21,167 bases of DNA from Octopus sinensis (Eukaryota), in assembly GCF_006345805.1 (NCBI RefSeq), contig NW_021823791.1:1-21167 (forward strand), written 5' to 3'. Made by a program: the position numbers and the translations under genes. Shown here in pieces: positions 1 through 8,317 of the stretch. Within the stretch, counting starts at the first letter, position 1. Each line of letters opens with the position of its first letter. The notes beneath the pieces are model-generated. The model was not told the DNA's origin and did no database searches. It saw only the letters and a list, made by a program, of their open reading frames with translations.

Positions 1-88
1 AAACTCTGCACTCGTATCACTATCGAACCAATAGTTTAACTACGGTCTGTCCATAACACTTAGCGTTACCTGCCACTCTTTGGGTCTT

Positions 89-139
89 CTACACACACAT
101 ACACAAACACACGCACAAACATACACATACACGCACTTG

Positions 140-179
<40 letters not shown>

Positions 180-345
180 AACACAAAAGCACGCCACACA
201 CACACACACACACACAAGACACACGAATACGCAGAATACATACATACATACATACATACATACATACATACATACATACATACATACATACATACATACA
301 TACATACGCAAATACACACGCACACTGGCACCCACACACACACGC
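89..345. repeat. Compound microsatellite (CA)n/(TA)n/(TACA)n
   Basis: Direct reading of tandem CA, TA and TACA runs. Confidence 0.97.
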
Positions 346-610
346 AGTAAGATCTGAAGCAGACGAACGCGACTTTCGTAACGCACTAAGTCAAAAGTCA
401 TTGAAAAGGTTGCAAGTAGCAACAAAGGACCCATGACAAACAAAAACAAAACAGACGACTCACTGTTTAGACAAATTAAACAAACGCCCTATTAGTTAGC
501 TGACTATTTAACCGATTGACTAATAACAAATGTGTGGAACTGAATCAGTACGTGTATTCATAATATTGGCATAATGACCCTTCCTAGGTACAATGGCAAT
601 ATATATATAT

Positions 611-645
<35 letters not shown>

Positions 646-646
<1 letters not shown>

Positions 647-835
647 CGCCATGATCGACCGCTAGCCACTAAAGATTTTTTTTCTCCTCTGTTTATTTTA
701 TCGTGTTCCTTTCTGATGAAGAGCTTAGACTCGAAACGTAAAAGACTTTTTCTCCATTCCTGAGCGTTAAACTAATACAACTGTTCATTATTTATATATC
801 TTTCTTCGTCTTTTTTTGTAAATTCCGACTATATA
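646..835 (+). mobile_element. ~190-bp non-autonomous Penelope-like element (family H1), copy 1, carrying a minimal hammerhead motif
   Basis: Aligns over its length with 4568-4725 (+) and 9049-9227 (-), e.g. CTCGAAACGTAAAAGAC...TTCCTGAGCGTTA.ACTAATACA. Flanked by (TA)n on both sides. The Penelope assignment is inferred from the hammerhead layout. Confidence 0.7.
709..744 (+). ncRNA. Minimal type I hammerhead ribozyme motif
   Basis: CTTT-CTGATGA-A-GAG(CTTAGA)CTC-GAAAC-GT-A-AAAG: stem I CTTT/AAAG, intact CUGAUGA core, short stem II, GAAAC, palindromic ACGT stem III, GUA cleavage triplet. Confidence 0.65.
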
Positions 836-929
836 CATATTTGTATATATGTATGTATGTATGCATGTATGTATATGTATATATATGTATGTATATGTAT
901 ATATATATAATATATATATATACATATAC

Positions 930-960
<31 letters not shown>

Positions 961-1320
961 TGTATAATATATATATATATAGGTTGTGTGTGTGTGTATA
1001 TATACATGTTATATATATGTGTGTGTATGTGTATATAATATTTATATATATATAATAAATATCTACGAATAATGTGTGTATATATATGTATATATATATG
1101 TGAATATATATATATATATGTGGTGTGTGTGTGTATGTACTATATATACAGGTATTATATTATGTGTGTATGTATATATATATATTTATATATAATATAA
1201 ATATCTACGAATAATGTGTGTATATATATGTATATATATATGTGAATATATATATATATGTATGTATATGTATATATATATATGTAGATATATGCATATA
1301 GATAGATAGATGTATAAATA
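830..1320. repeat. Compound TA/TG/TATG microsatellite with an internal 142-bp-offset duplication
   Basis: ATATCTACGAATAATGTGTGTATATATATGTATATATATATGTGAATATA occurs at 1059 and 1201. Confidence 0.92.
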
Positions 1321-1790
1321 TCTATACCATCATCATTTAACGTCCGTTGTTCATATATATATATATATGTAAAGAGAGAGGGAGGATGTTGAGGAGAGTA
1401 CACATTTGTGTAAATTTATGCAAGTAAGGACATTTACGCATAGAGACAAAGAAAATGTTTAGATATAAATAAATCAACATACATGAATATCAAAGCCATC
1501 AGCTCTTAAAGAAATCACGTAAAATGCGAAACACGCAAATGAAATTCTTTGAGATTGTATACGTCTAGATACCGTATGTCTGTTGGGTGGTTTTGTGGGT
1601 GTGTGGGTGTGTGGGTGTGTGGCGTGGGTTATGCGTATGTGTTTCTTGCGTGTGCATTGTATGGGTGTGAGTGCGCGTGCGTGAGTGTCTGTATATGGAT
1701 GTATATCTACGTCTTTATCTGCATTTATAAATGGATTAATATGTGTGTGAATATCTTCAGAGATAGACAGATAATAGATATTCGCGTATA

Positions 1791-1792
<2 letters not shown>

Positions 1793-1843
<51 letters not shown>

Positions 1844-1874
1844 AGAGGAAGAGAGAGAGAAAGAGAGTGAGAGA
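1793..1874. repeat. (TA)n(TG)n(AG)n microsatellite
   Basis: Direct reading. Confidence 0.95.
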
Positions 1875-2254
1875 GGCGGAGGCGTGGATACGTGGTAAGA
1901 AGCTTGCTTCCCAACCACACGGTTCCAGGTTCAGTCCCAGCGCATGACTTCTTGGGCAAGTCTCGTCTGCCATAGCCTCCTGGCCGACCAAAGCCTTTTG
2001 AGTGGATTTGGTAGACTGAAACATAAATATATGTATTTGTGTGACTCTGTTTGCTCCCCTCCACCACCATCGCTTGACGACCGATGTTGGTGTATTTCCG
2101 TCCCCGTAACTTAGCGGTTCGTCAAAAAAGAAAACAATACAATAAGTACTAGACTTACAAAGACATATGTCCTGGGGCCGATTTGTTCGACTAAAGGCGG
2201 TGCTCCAGCATGGCCGCAGTCAAATGACTGAAACATGTAAGAGAGTAAAAGAAT
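1875..2254 (+). mobile_element. tRNA-derived SINE, family S1 (octopus-type), copy 1
   Basis: tRNA-like head with box A-like GTGGATACGTGG and box B-like GGTTCAGTCC, and 3' end GGCGGTGCTCCAGCATGGCCGCAGTCAAATGACTGAAAC. Homologous copies at 5281-5684, 7021-7414 and 15428-15740. Confidence 0.92.
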
Positions 2255-2257
2255 GAG

Positions 2258-2361
2258 TATATATATATTTATGTATGTATGTACATGAATGTGTGTGTAT
2301 ATGTGTGTTTGTACGTATGTATGTATGTATGTATGTATGTATGTATGTATGTATGTATGTA
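2258..2361. repeat. (TATG)n-rich microsatellite
   Basis: Direct reading. Confidence 0.95.
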
Positions 2362-2772
2362 TTTCTCTAGAACATGTACTGTTTTTGGACTTACCATCAG
2401 TCTGAAGAATACAAATCTTGTGTTCTCTCAGCCTCCCAGTCAGGCCTATGTCGGACCTACGATTTTCGTCCAGGTAACAAGCTTGGAGGTAGACTCTTTC
2501 GTCTATCTTGACCGCAAACTCACTAGAGATGGATCCCTTGAATCTGAAATAAGTCTGAGGATCAAAAAAGCCTGCAATGTATTTGGAAGGCTCGAAAATC
2601 TTACGTGACCAGACCGAAGTATCACCATAATAAAAACAAACCAAGCTCAGCGTCTATGAATCACGGTCATAACTTCCCTTTTATTCTCTTCTGCGACTTG
2701 GACTACATTCTCATCGTCATAGCAAGGCTTTGGCAAAATTCCATCAAACTTGCTTTAAAAGGATTTTAAATA
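2362..2772 (+). mobile_element. Decayed RTE-clade (BovB-like) LINE, reverse transcriptase C-terminal region, left part
   Basis: Translation FGLTISLKNT...VDSFVYL...EISLRIKKACNVFGRL, then with frameshifts TKLSVYES / ATWT / RHSKALAKFHQTCFKRILN. This matches the RTE pattern FGLTISLKKT...EI..RI.KAS.AFGRL...TK..VY...ETWT...RH...L..FH..CLR.IL. Confidence 0.88.
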
Positions 2773-3338
2773 TTGAGTCGTCCGGAATGTTCGTGCCGGT
2801 TTTTAAAGGAAAGGAAAAGGTTGATAAACACTTGCCATTACAGTTTTAATCAACCAAATATGAACCATTTTGTTGCACAATGCGCCTCCATCTTTCCTTT
2901 AACTTGAAAACACCCTCTTCCCAGAATTGAGGTCGTTTCATGGCAAAGAATTCATCAAGGTATCTTTTTACGTCATCCAAGGAATTGAAATGTTTACCAT
3001 TAAGACTATTCTGCAGAGACCTGAATAAGTGGAAATCCGAAGGAGCAATATCTGGTGGATATGGAGGATGGGGTAACACATCCCAGCCGAGCTGCAGCAA
3101 TTTTTGTCTGGTTCCCAAAGCATCAAGTGCCAGAAATGAACTTTCTTATCTTCCATTTTAAAGGGTTACAGAATTAACACAGATTATAGGAACATAAACC
3201 TTCTTCCACGAAAAGATAGCTTAAATTGTGCTCTAAATGGAGGTGTAGTCAAATCCTATTTTATGGACTCAACCATGTTCTAAAATAAGTCGAAAGGTAA
3301 GCTACTATAAATCGGCACGAACTTTCCGGACAACCCAA
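2773..3338 (-). mobile_element. Internally deleted mariner element (family M1), copy 1, with TA target-site duplication
   Basis: TIRs TTGAGTCGTCCGGAATGTTCGTGCCGGTTT (2773) and AAATCGGCACGAACTTTCCGGACAACCCAA (to 3338), with TA at 2771-2772 and 3339-3340. The minus strand encodes the transposase start MEDKKVHFWHLMLWE joined to the C-terminus TRQKLLQLGWDVLPHPPYPPDIAPSDFHLFRSLQN...KLKERWRRIVQQNGSYLVD*. Confidence 0.96.
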
Positions 3339-3340
3339 TA

Positions 3341-3710
3341 TCCACTGGCAATTTCAAAACTCAGACGCTATTCTTTTTCAGCAAGCTAGCACATCCGGTA
3401 TTGAAATTCTCCTCATACGCAATCAGATACTTTGGGCTTGGCCCTTTACTCGGAAGCAGGATGACGGGTAACAAACATTTATTTTACAGGCCGCTGCAGC
3501 GTAGTAAACGTTCATGACATAAACCTAATAAACGTTTCGATGATACCGTGCAAAACAGCTTTAAAGCAATCAAAGTCCTTATGTCGCAGACTGGAAGGAG
3601 ATGACGGAAAATCGATCGGTTTGAAACGAAGTGGTCTACAACAGTCGTTAAGCATTTGAAACATGGAGAATTGAACAATCCATCTTGAAACTAGAACTTC
3701 GTAAACGCTT
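3341..3710 (+). mobile_element. Decayed RTE-clade LINE, right part (continuation after the mariner insertion)
   Basis: Frame resumes as IHWQ...TSGIEILLIRNQILWA, then SKRS*HKPNKRFDDTVQNSFKA and DWKEMTENRSV*...AFETWR. These match the RTE motifs ILNIHWQ, GKR..G...KR.KD and W...A..RS.W. Confidence 0.85.
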
Positions 3711-3814
3711 TTCTACCTGAAAATATTTGTAACAACTATAACGGAGTTTGTCTTATGATGACATTCACCAATTGAAACGGTAACCGTCTTCTGAAAAGTG
3801 GCAATCACCTTACA

Positions 3815-3932
3815 TATAAACACATATACATACACACACACAAACACATACATATATTCATACGCACACACACACACACAAACATACACAAACACATACA
3901 TATATACATACATACATACATACACACACATG
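3815..3932. repeat. (CA)n/(TACA)n microsatellite
   Basis: Direct reading. Confidence 0.95.
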
Positions 3933-3944
3933 TAGATTATATGA

Positions 3945-4095
3945 ATCCCACTGCTCTACTAGAACTTTATTTTATTGACCGCGAAAGGACGAAAGGCAAA
4001 ATTGACCTTGGCTGGTTTTGAACTCATAACGTAACGAGCATGAAGAAAAACTACTAAATATTTGTCCAATTTGCTAACGATTCTGCGAGTTCACC
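3945..4095 (-). mobile_element. Diverged copy of tRNA-derived SINE family S2
   Basis: TTTATTGACCGCGAAAGGACGAAAGGCAAAATTGACCTTGGC...TTGAACTCATAACGTAAC...GCTAACGATTCTGC aligns with 12590-12660 and 13360-13475. Confidence 0.75.
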
Positions 4096-4567
4096 AACTT
4101 ATATTTGATATAAAAACCCATTAAAGTCGAGTAAAGATAATAATCCTAATCGTTGGGTCGTTTACTGAAAGATCGTTGCTGATTGTTCTAATTTAAACTA
4201 TTTTCCGTCACTGAATTACACGATTTTATCTCCACAACAGAACTCGACAATCAAGATGGCTAATTTTATTAATGTTCAACACCGCTGAGTACCTCACTTT
4301 GCTTCATTGTTTATGTAACAAATGGCATCATCAATCAAATTATGAATTGATAAACTGTTAAAATGTTAATGCAAATTATATTAGACACAGTAATAATCAC
4401 TAATTTGAGAGAGGAAAAGAGAAACGGACACCCTTATCAGAGACCAGTCTCATAGCAATTGCTTGGATAGTTGAAGGATGACCTATCCTGCAACAGCTAA
4501 GTGAATGATCCATTCCTTTCGTTTTATCACATCCATATATTCATATATGCATACATACGTACATACA

Positions 4568-4725
4568 TTTTTTCTCTCATTGTTTCTCTCCTTGATTTTT
4601 TCTGTAGAAGAGTGTAGGCTCGAAACGTAAAAGACATTTTCAATTCCTGAGCGTTATACTAATACATCCATTTGTTTTGTACACCACCTGTCTTCATCTT
4701 TTGTTTTTTTCGTGAACTTTTCCAT
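4568..4725 (+). mobile_element. Family H1 element, copy 2 (hammerhead-like motif at 4598-4633, core CTGTAGA)
   Basis: TTTT-CTGTAGA-A-GAGT-GTAG-GCTC-GAAAC-GT-A-AAAG followed by TTCCTGAGCGTTATACTAATACA...GTACACCACCTGTCTTC. Ends in (TA)n. Confidence 0.75.
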
Positions 4726-4764
4726 ATATATATATACATATATGCCGAAAAAAAAACTGATTAC

Positions 4765-4887
4765 CTTCCCCTGTCTGGAACTCTCATTCTTCACACCATA
4801 GCGAAGAGATGACACAATATCGGTAAAGAAATTTGAGAAATTTGAAAAGAAAATACGGAACCGGTTATTTCTCCAAAAACAATGTTG
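4765..4887 (-). CDS. Possible coding exon (unconfirmed)
   Basis: TTTTGTGTATAG| acceptor, 41 open codons QHCFWRNNRF...ESSRQGK, AAG|GTAATC donor. Phase-compatible with 5022-5158. No protein homology recognised. Confidence 0.2.
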
Positions 4888-5021
4888 CTATACACAAAAC
4901 CTTTACTATCAAGTTTAAACATACTAGTTTTAAACATGGAAACAGTTTAACAAATATTTTGGAAAAAGTATACTAATTAAATTTCCTTTTAACACCGTCT
5001 AGCTTAAAGTCATCGCCTTAC

Positions 5022-5158
5022 GATTTGGGCGCCTTCACTCGAGCCTTTTCTGTTGTATGCATTCGGTCTAGGTTTATAGTTTGAGAATAACTTCCTAACT
5101 CTTTCACTCTCATAAGTCCTGAAGGCCCTGTAAAAATCCGAGTGCGCTTCTTTGCTGA
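5022..5158 (-). CDS. Possible coding exon (unconfirmed)
   Basis: TTTACTTTTTATCCCTTAG| acceptor, 2 nt plus 45 open codons SKEAHSDFYRAFRTYESERVRKLFSNYKPRPNAYNRKGSSEGAQI, ATC|GTAAGG donor. Lies in unique sequence. No homology recognised. Confidence 0.3.
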
Positions 5159-5280
5159 CTAAGGGATAAAAAGTAAACGATAAAGTTCTTGACTGGCACT
5201 TATGTCATAGTTTTCGAAGAGATTTTTAAGGTTTTGTACTTATATACGTATACATCTGGTTTAAACATTTTTGATATATA

Positions 5281-5481
5281 CTCTTTTACTCTTTTATGTG
5301 TTTCAATCATTTGATTGCGGCCATGCTGGAGCACCGCCTTTAGTCGAGCAAATTGACCCCAGGACTTATTCTGTGTAACCCTAGTACTTATTCTATCGGT
5401 CTATTTTGCCGAACCGCTAAGGTACAGCGACGTAAATACACCAGCATCGGTTGTTAAGCGATGTTGGGGGAACAAACACAG

Positions 5482-5517
<36 letters not shown>

Positions 5518-5684
5518 TATACGACGGGCTTCTTTCAGTTTTTGTCAACCAAATCCATTCACAAGGCTTTGGTCAGCCTGAGGCTATAGTAAAAGACACT
5601 TGCCCAAGGTACCACGCAGTGGGAATGAACCCGGAACCATGTGGTTGGTAAGCAAGCTACTTACCACACAACCACTCCTGCGCC
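5281..5684 (-). mobile_element. tRNA-derived SINE family S1, copy 2 (full length)
   Basis: Reverse complement begins GGCGCAGGAGTGGTTGTGTGGTAAGTAGCTTGCTTACCAACCACATGGTTCCGGGTTCATTCC and ends ...AAAAGAGTAAAAGAG. Has an internal (TA)n tract. Confidence 0.95.
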
Positions 5685-5742
5685 TATATACGTAAATATC
5701 TGGGTTAATCATTTTTCAATCATGAAACATACTGCAAACAAG

Positions 5743-5968
5743 CTGCGTACATCACCGACTTTTCGGATACTAATGGTCTGGAATCTTTGATAATCCGCAC
5801 TAATTTACACTAGTGCATAAATACTTGTGTTTCATTTAATTAAATAAGTTTAATATTTGTTTAATTTCGAGTGTGTTGATCACAGTGACCATTCCTACAT
5901 CGGAAAAATCAGTCATCCGGAAAGGCTTTTTGAAGCAAAGTTTCCGGAAAATCGATGTTGTGCCTGTA
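5743..5968. mobile_element. Possible old pogo/Tigger-like MITE
   Basis: Imperfect terminal inverted repeat ACATCACCGACTTTTCGGA (5749-5767) versus the reverse complement of TCCGGAAAATCGATGTTGT (5943-5961), 15/19 match. The right end reads ...GCCTGTA. Confidence 0.3.
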
Positions 5969-6693
5969 CCGTTTTTCTCCATTCATAAAAATGTACTCTG
6001 TTACTTAGTCAAAACGAAGCTTTATTAGCCACAACATATCCTATACTTAAAACAGGCGACGTGTAAAATATATTCGTTAATATCTTTTCAATTGGGATTA
6101 TGGAAATATGTACACAGTTATCTTCAGTTATGAAGCTATTTATTTTCATGCCTTTCAATTTTTTTTTCTGTTTATTATTTCCGCAAATAAATTTCAAAAA
6201 CAAAACCGCTTATCAACATGTTTACCAATTAACTCAACAACGTGGATATTACTTTCATGACAATCATCTCGGTAATATAATTTGACAGCAATTTCATTAT
6301 AAAAATAATATTTTGTATATAATGTGCTACATTTGACAGTTACTGTGGACATTTTAAAATGATTATTCGTGTTTTAATATGAATATATCAGCAAATAATT
6401 CACAGAATTAGTAATTGAAGAATATGTTTTTGATTTATCATAGAATACTTTTTTAAAAGTTTCAAATAGTTATTTTATTGATTCAATGATTCTGTCGATT
6501 TTTTTTCATTTTTATTTATATTAATGAATCGGCATATTAAATCCGTTATCAAATGAATTCAGTTGCTTAGCTTAATAATAGCGAATTAATGAATTTTGTT
6601 AGGTTTGAAATAATAGTGAATGTTTCATATATATATATATATAAATTACACCCGACACTCGCAAGTGTGATGGGTGTAATTTCGTAAGACTTA

Positions 6694-6920
6694 TGCTATT
6701 TGGTGCATAATTATTGCGGCTTTTTTTCAACAAATTTTATTCAACAAAAACATTTTTAAATGATTATTCCACAGCATATACACCATCTCCTTCAATTACT
6801 GCTTCCCATTTGCTTGGCAGACGGTCAGACTGTCATTTGATGATTTTGTTAAATATTGTTATTGTTTTTGTTGAATAAAATTTATTGAAAAAAAGCCGCA
6901 ATAATTATGCACCAAACCAA
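6694..6920 (-). mobile_element. Mariner-derived MITE (family M2), ~227 bp
   Basis: 54-bp inverted repeat (6699-6752 and 6863-6916, 1 mismatch) starting TTTGGTGCATAATTATTGCGGC, similar to the Hsmar1-type TIR. TA at 6692-6693 and 6921-6922. The minus-strand interior reads DRLPSKWEAVIEGDGVYAVE*, a mariner C-terminal motif. Confidence 0.88.
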
Positions 6921-6998
6921 TAATACCTTCAGGTGCCTTTGCAGTCGTGAAGAAACATAGAACACCTCTCAACCCACCGATTATTAATTCAACTAATT

Positions 6999-7073
6999 CA
7001 CTGGGACTGAACCTGGAACCATGTGGTAAGTAGCTTGCTTACGAACCACATGGTTCCAGGTTCAGTCCCAGTG
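6999..7073. repeat. Perfect 29-bp inverted repeat with 17-nt loop at a SINE 5' end
   Basis: CACTGGGACTGAACCTGGAACCATGTGGT (6999-7027) is the exact reverse complement of 7045-7073. Confidence 0.97.
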
Positions 7074-7414
7074 TGTGGCACCTTGGGCAAGTAACTTCTG
7101 CTATAGCCTCGGGCTGACCAGAGCCTTGTGAGTAGATTTGGTAGACGGAAACTGAAAGAACGCCCCGTCGTATATATGATATATAATATATGGTGTGTGT
7201 TTTGTGTGTCTGTATTTGTCCCCCTAGCATTGCTTGACAACCGATGCTGGTGTGTTTATGTCCCCGTTACTTAGCGGTTCGGCAAAAGAGACCGATAGAA
7301 TAAGTACTGGGCTTACAAAAGATAAGTACTGGGGTCAATTTGCTCGATCAACTAAAGGCGGTGCTCCAGCATGGCCACAGTCAAATGACTGAAACAAATA
7401 AAATAGTAAAAGAG
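7021..7414 (+). mobile_element. tRNA-derived SINE family S1, copy 3 (5' end replaced by a fold-back)
   Basis: Aligns with copies 1, 2 and 4 from TGTGGTAAG to GTAAAAGAG. Confidence 0.95.
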
Positions 7415-7442
7415 TATCCAAAATGGGATTACTAGAGTTAGA

Positions 7443-7728
7443 GGAGTGAAGCATGTGGTTTAGCGGTTAGGGTATTAGGTTCCTGATCATAAGTTCGTAA
7501 GTTCGATCCCTGGCGGCACATTGTGTCCTTGAGCAAGACACTTCATTTCACGCTGCTCTAATCTACTCAGCTAGCAAAAATGAGTTGTACCTGTAATTCA
7601 AGGGGCCAGCCTTGTCTCTTTCTGTGTCACGCTGAATCTCCCTGAGAACTACTTTAAACGTATACGTATCTGCGGGGTGCTCAGCCACTTGCACGCTAAT
7701 TTCACAAGCAAGCTCTTCCGTTGATCGT
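7443..7728 (+). mobile_element. tRNA-derived CORE-type SINE (family S3)
   Basis: Box A TGGTTTAGCGG (7456-7466) and box B GTTCGATCCC (7501-7510), then GTGTCCTTGAGCAAGACACTT...CTCAGCTAGCAAAAATGAG, which resembles the MIR/CORE domain. The right boundary is approximate. Confidence 0.8.
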
Positions 7729-8015
7729 AATTGTCAAAGTGACAATTTTTAGAGGACGAGGGACTGAACCACCACTTGGGTGGTAATCATAGCTTGCTAC
7801 GAGCGCAAGAAACAGTTCCGCCTTAAACAGTAGCTGCTCTCCACCCACCTCATAAACTAAAACCTTTTACGCTTACTCAATGTTTACATTCATCATCTAT
7901 TGTCAATCCTTTCACACACTCTTGTAATTGCAATGAGCAAACGATATCACAAGAAGGGAAATAATTAATAGGAGAATATCCCTGGTATGGACAACAGAAT
8001 GGTATCTAATAACGG

Positions 8016-8250
8016 AGGGCGGCGAGCTGGCTGAATCGTTAGCACGCTGGGTGAAATGCTTAACGGTATTTTGTCTGCCGCTACGTTCTGAGTTCAAATT
8101 CCGCCAAGGTCGACTTTGCCTTTCATCCTTTCGGGGTCGATTAAATAAGTACCAGTTACGCACTAGGGTCGATGTAATCGACTTAATACCTATGCCTGTC
8201 CTTGTTTGTCCTCTCTGTGTTTAACCTCTTGTGGGTAGTAAAGAAATAGC
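8016..8250 (+). mobile_element. tRNA-derived SINE family S2, full length, with 13-bp TSD
   Basis: Head GGCGGCGAGCTGGCTGAATCGTTAGC...GAGTTCAAATTCC and body GGTCGACTTTGCCTTTCATCCTTTCGGGGTCGAT. TSD TATCTAATAACGG (8003-8015) / TATTTAATAACGG (8251-8263), 1 mismatch. Confidence 0.94.
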
Positions 8251-8317
8251 TATTTAATAACGGGTTAGATTCCAAATTAAATTCCAAATTCAGAAAAATT
8301 TACCAAATATGACAGAG

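Noticed and set aside
1-85. Minus-strand EWQVTLSVMDRP*LNYWFDSDTSAEF, faintly like a Ty3/gypsy protease (DTGA)
   Set aside because: Too short, contains a stop, is cut by the window edge, and no other LTR-element features are seen
1328-1349. CATCATCATTTAACGTCCGTT, possibly the extreme 3' end of an RTE-like element on the minus strand
   Set aside because: Only about 22 nt and no second copy in the window to confirm
40-1403. ORFs rich in YI/VC/HT/MYV repeats (and the similar ORFs at 10528-11368, 15529-15946, 17130-17496, 17785-18333, 20036-20331)
   Set aside because: Stop-free translations of microsatellites, not genes
1875-1945. tRNA-like A and B boxes (also at 5615-5684, 7443-7510, 8016-8105, 14165-14230)
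   Set aside because: Each continues into a repeated SINE body and no complete cloverleaf is evident, so these are SINE heads, not tRNA genes
2111-2644. 177-aa minus-strand ORF and other SINE/LINE-overlapping ORFs (5451-5651, 6998-7240, 7912-8163, 13339-13557, 14287-14532, 20352-20780)
   Set aside because: They span SINE, microsatellite or antisense-LINE sequence with no coherent domain
2846-3118. 90-aa mariner ORF as an active transposase
   Set aside because: Only the C-terminal part remains; the DNA-binding domain and the first two catalytic aspartates are deleted
4369-4376. Octamer ATGCAAAT (also 14833-14840) and nearby TAAT/GATA motifs
   Set aside because: Two hits are unremarkable in 21 kb of AT-rich DNA without conservation or chromatin data
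5241-5694. TATATACGTA on both sides of S1 copy 2 as a TSD
   Set aside because: The left match is 30 bp away from the SINE end and the motif is low-complexity
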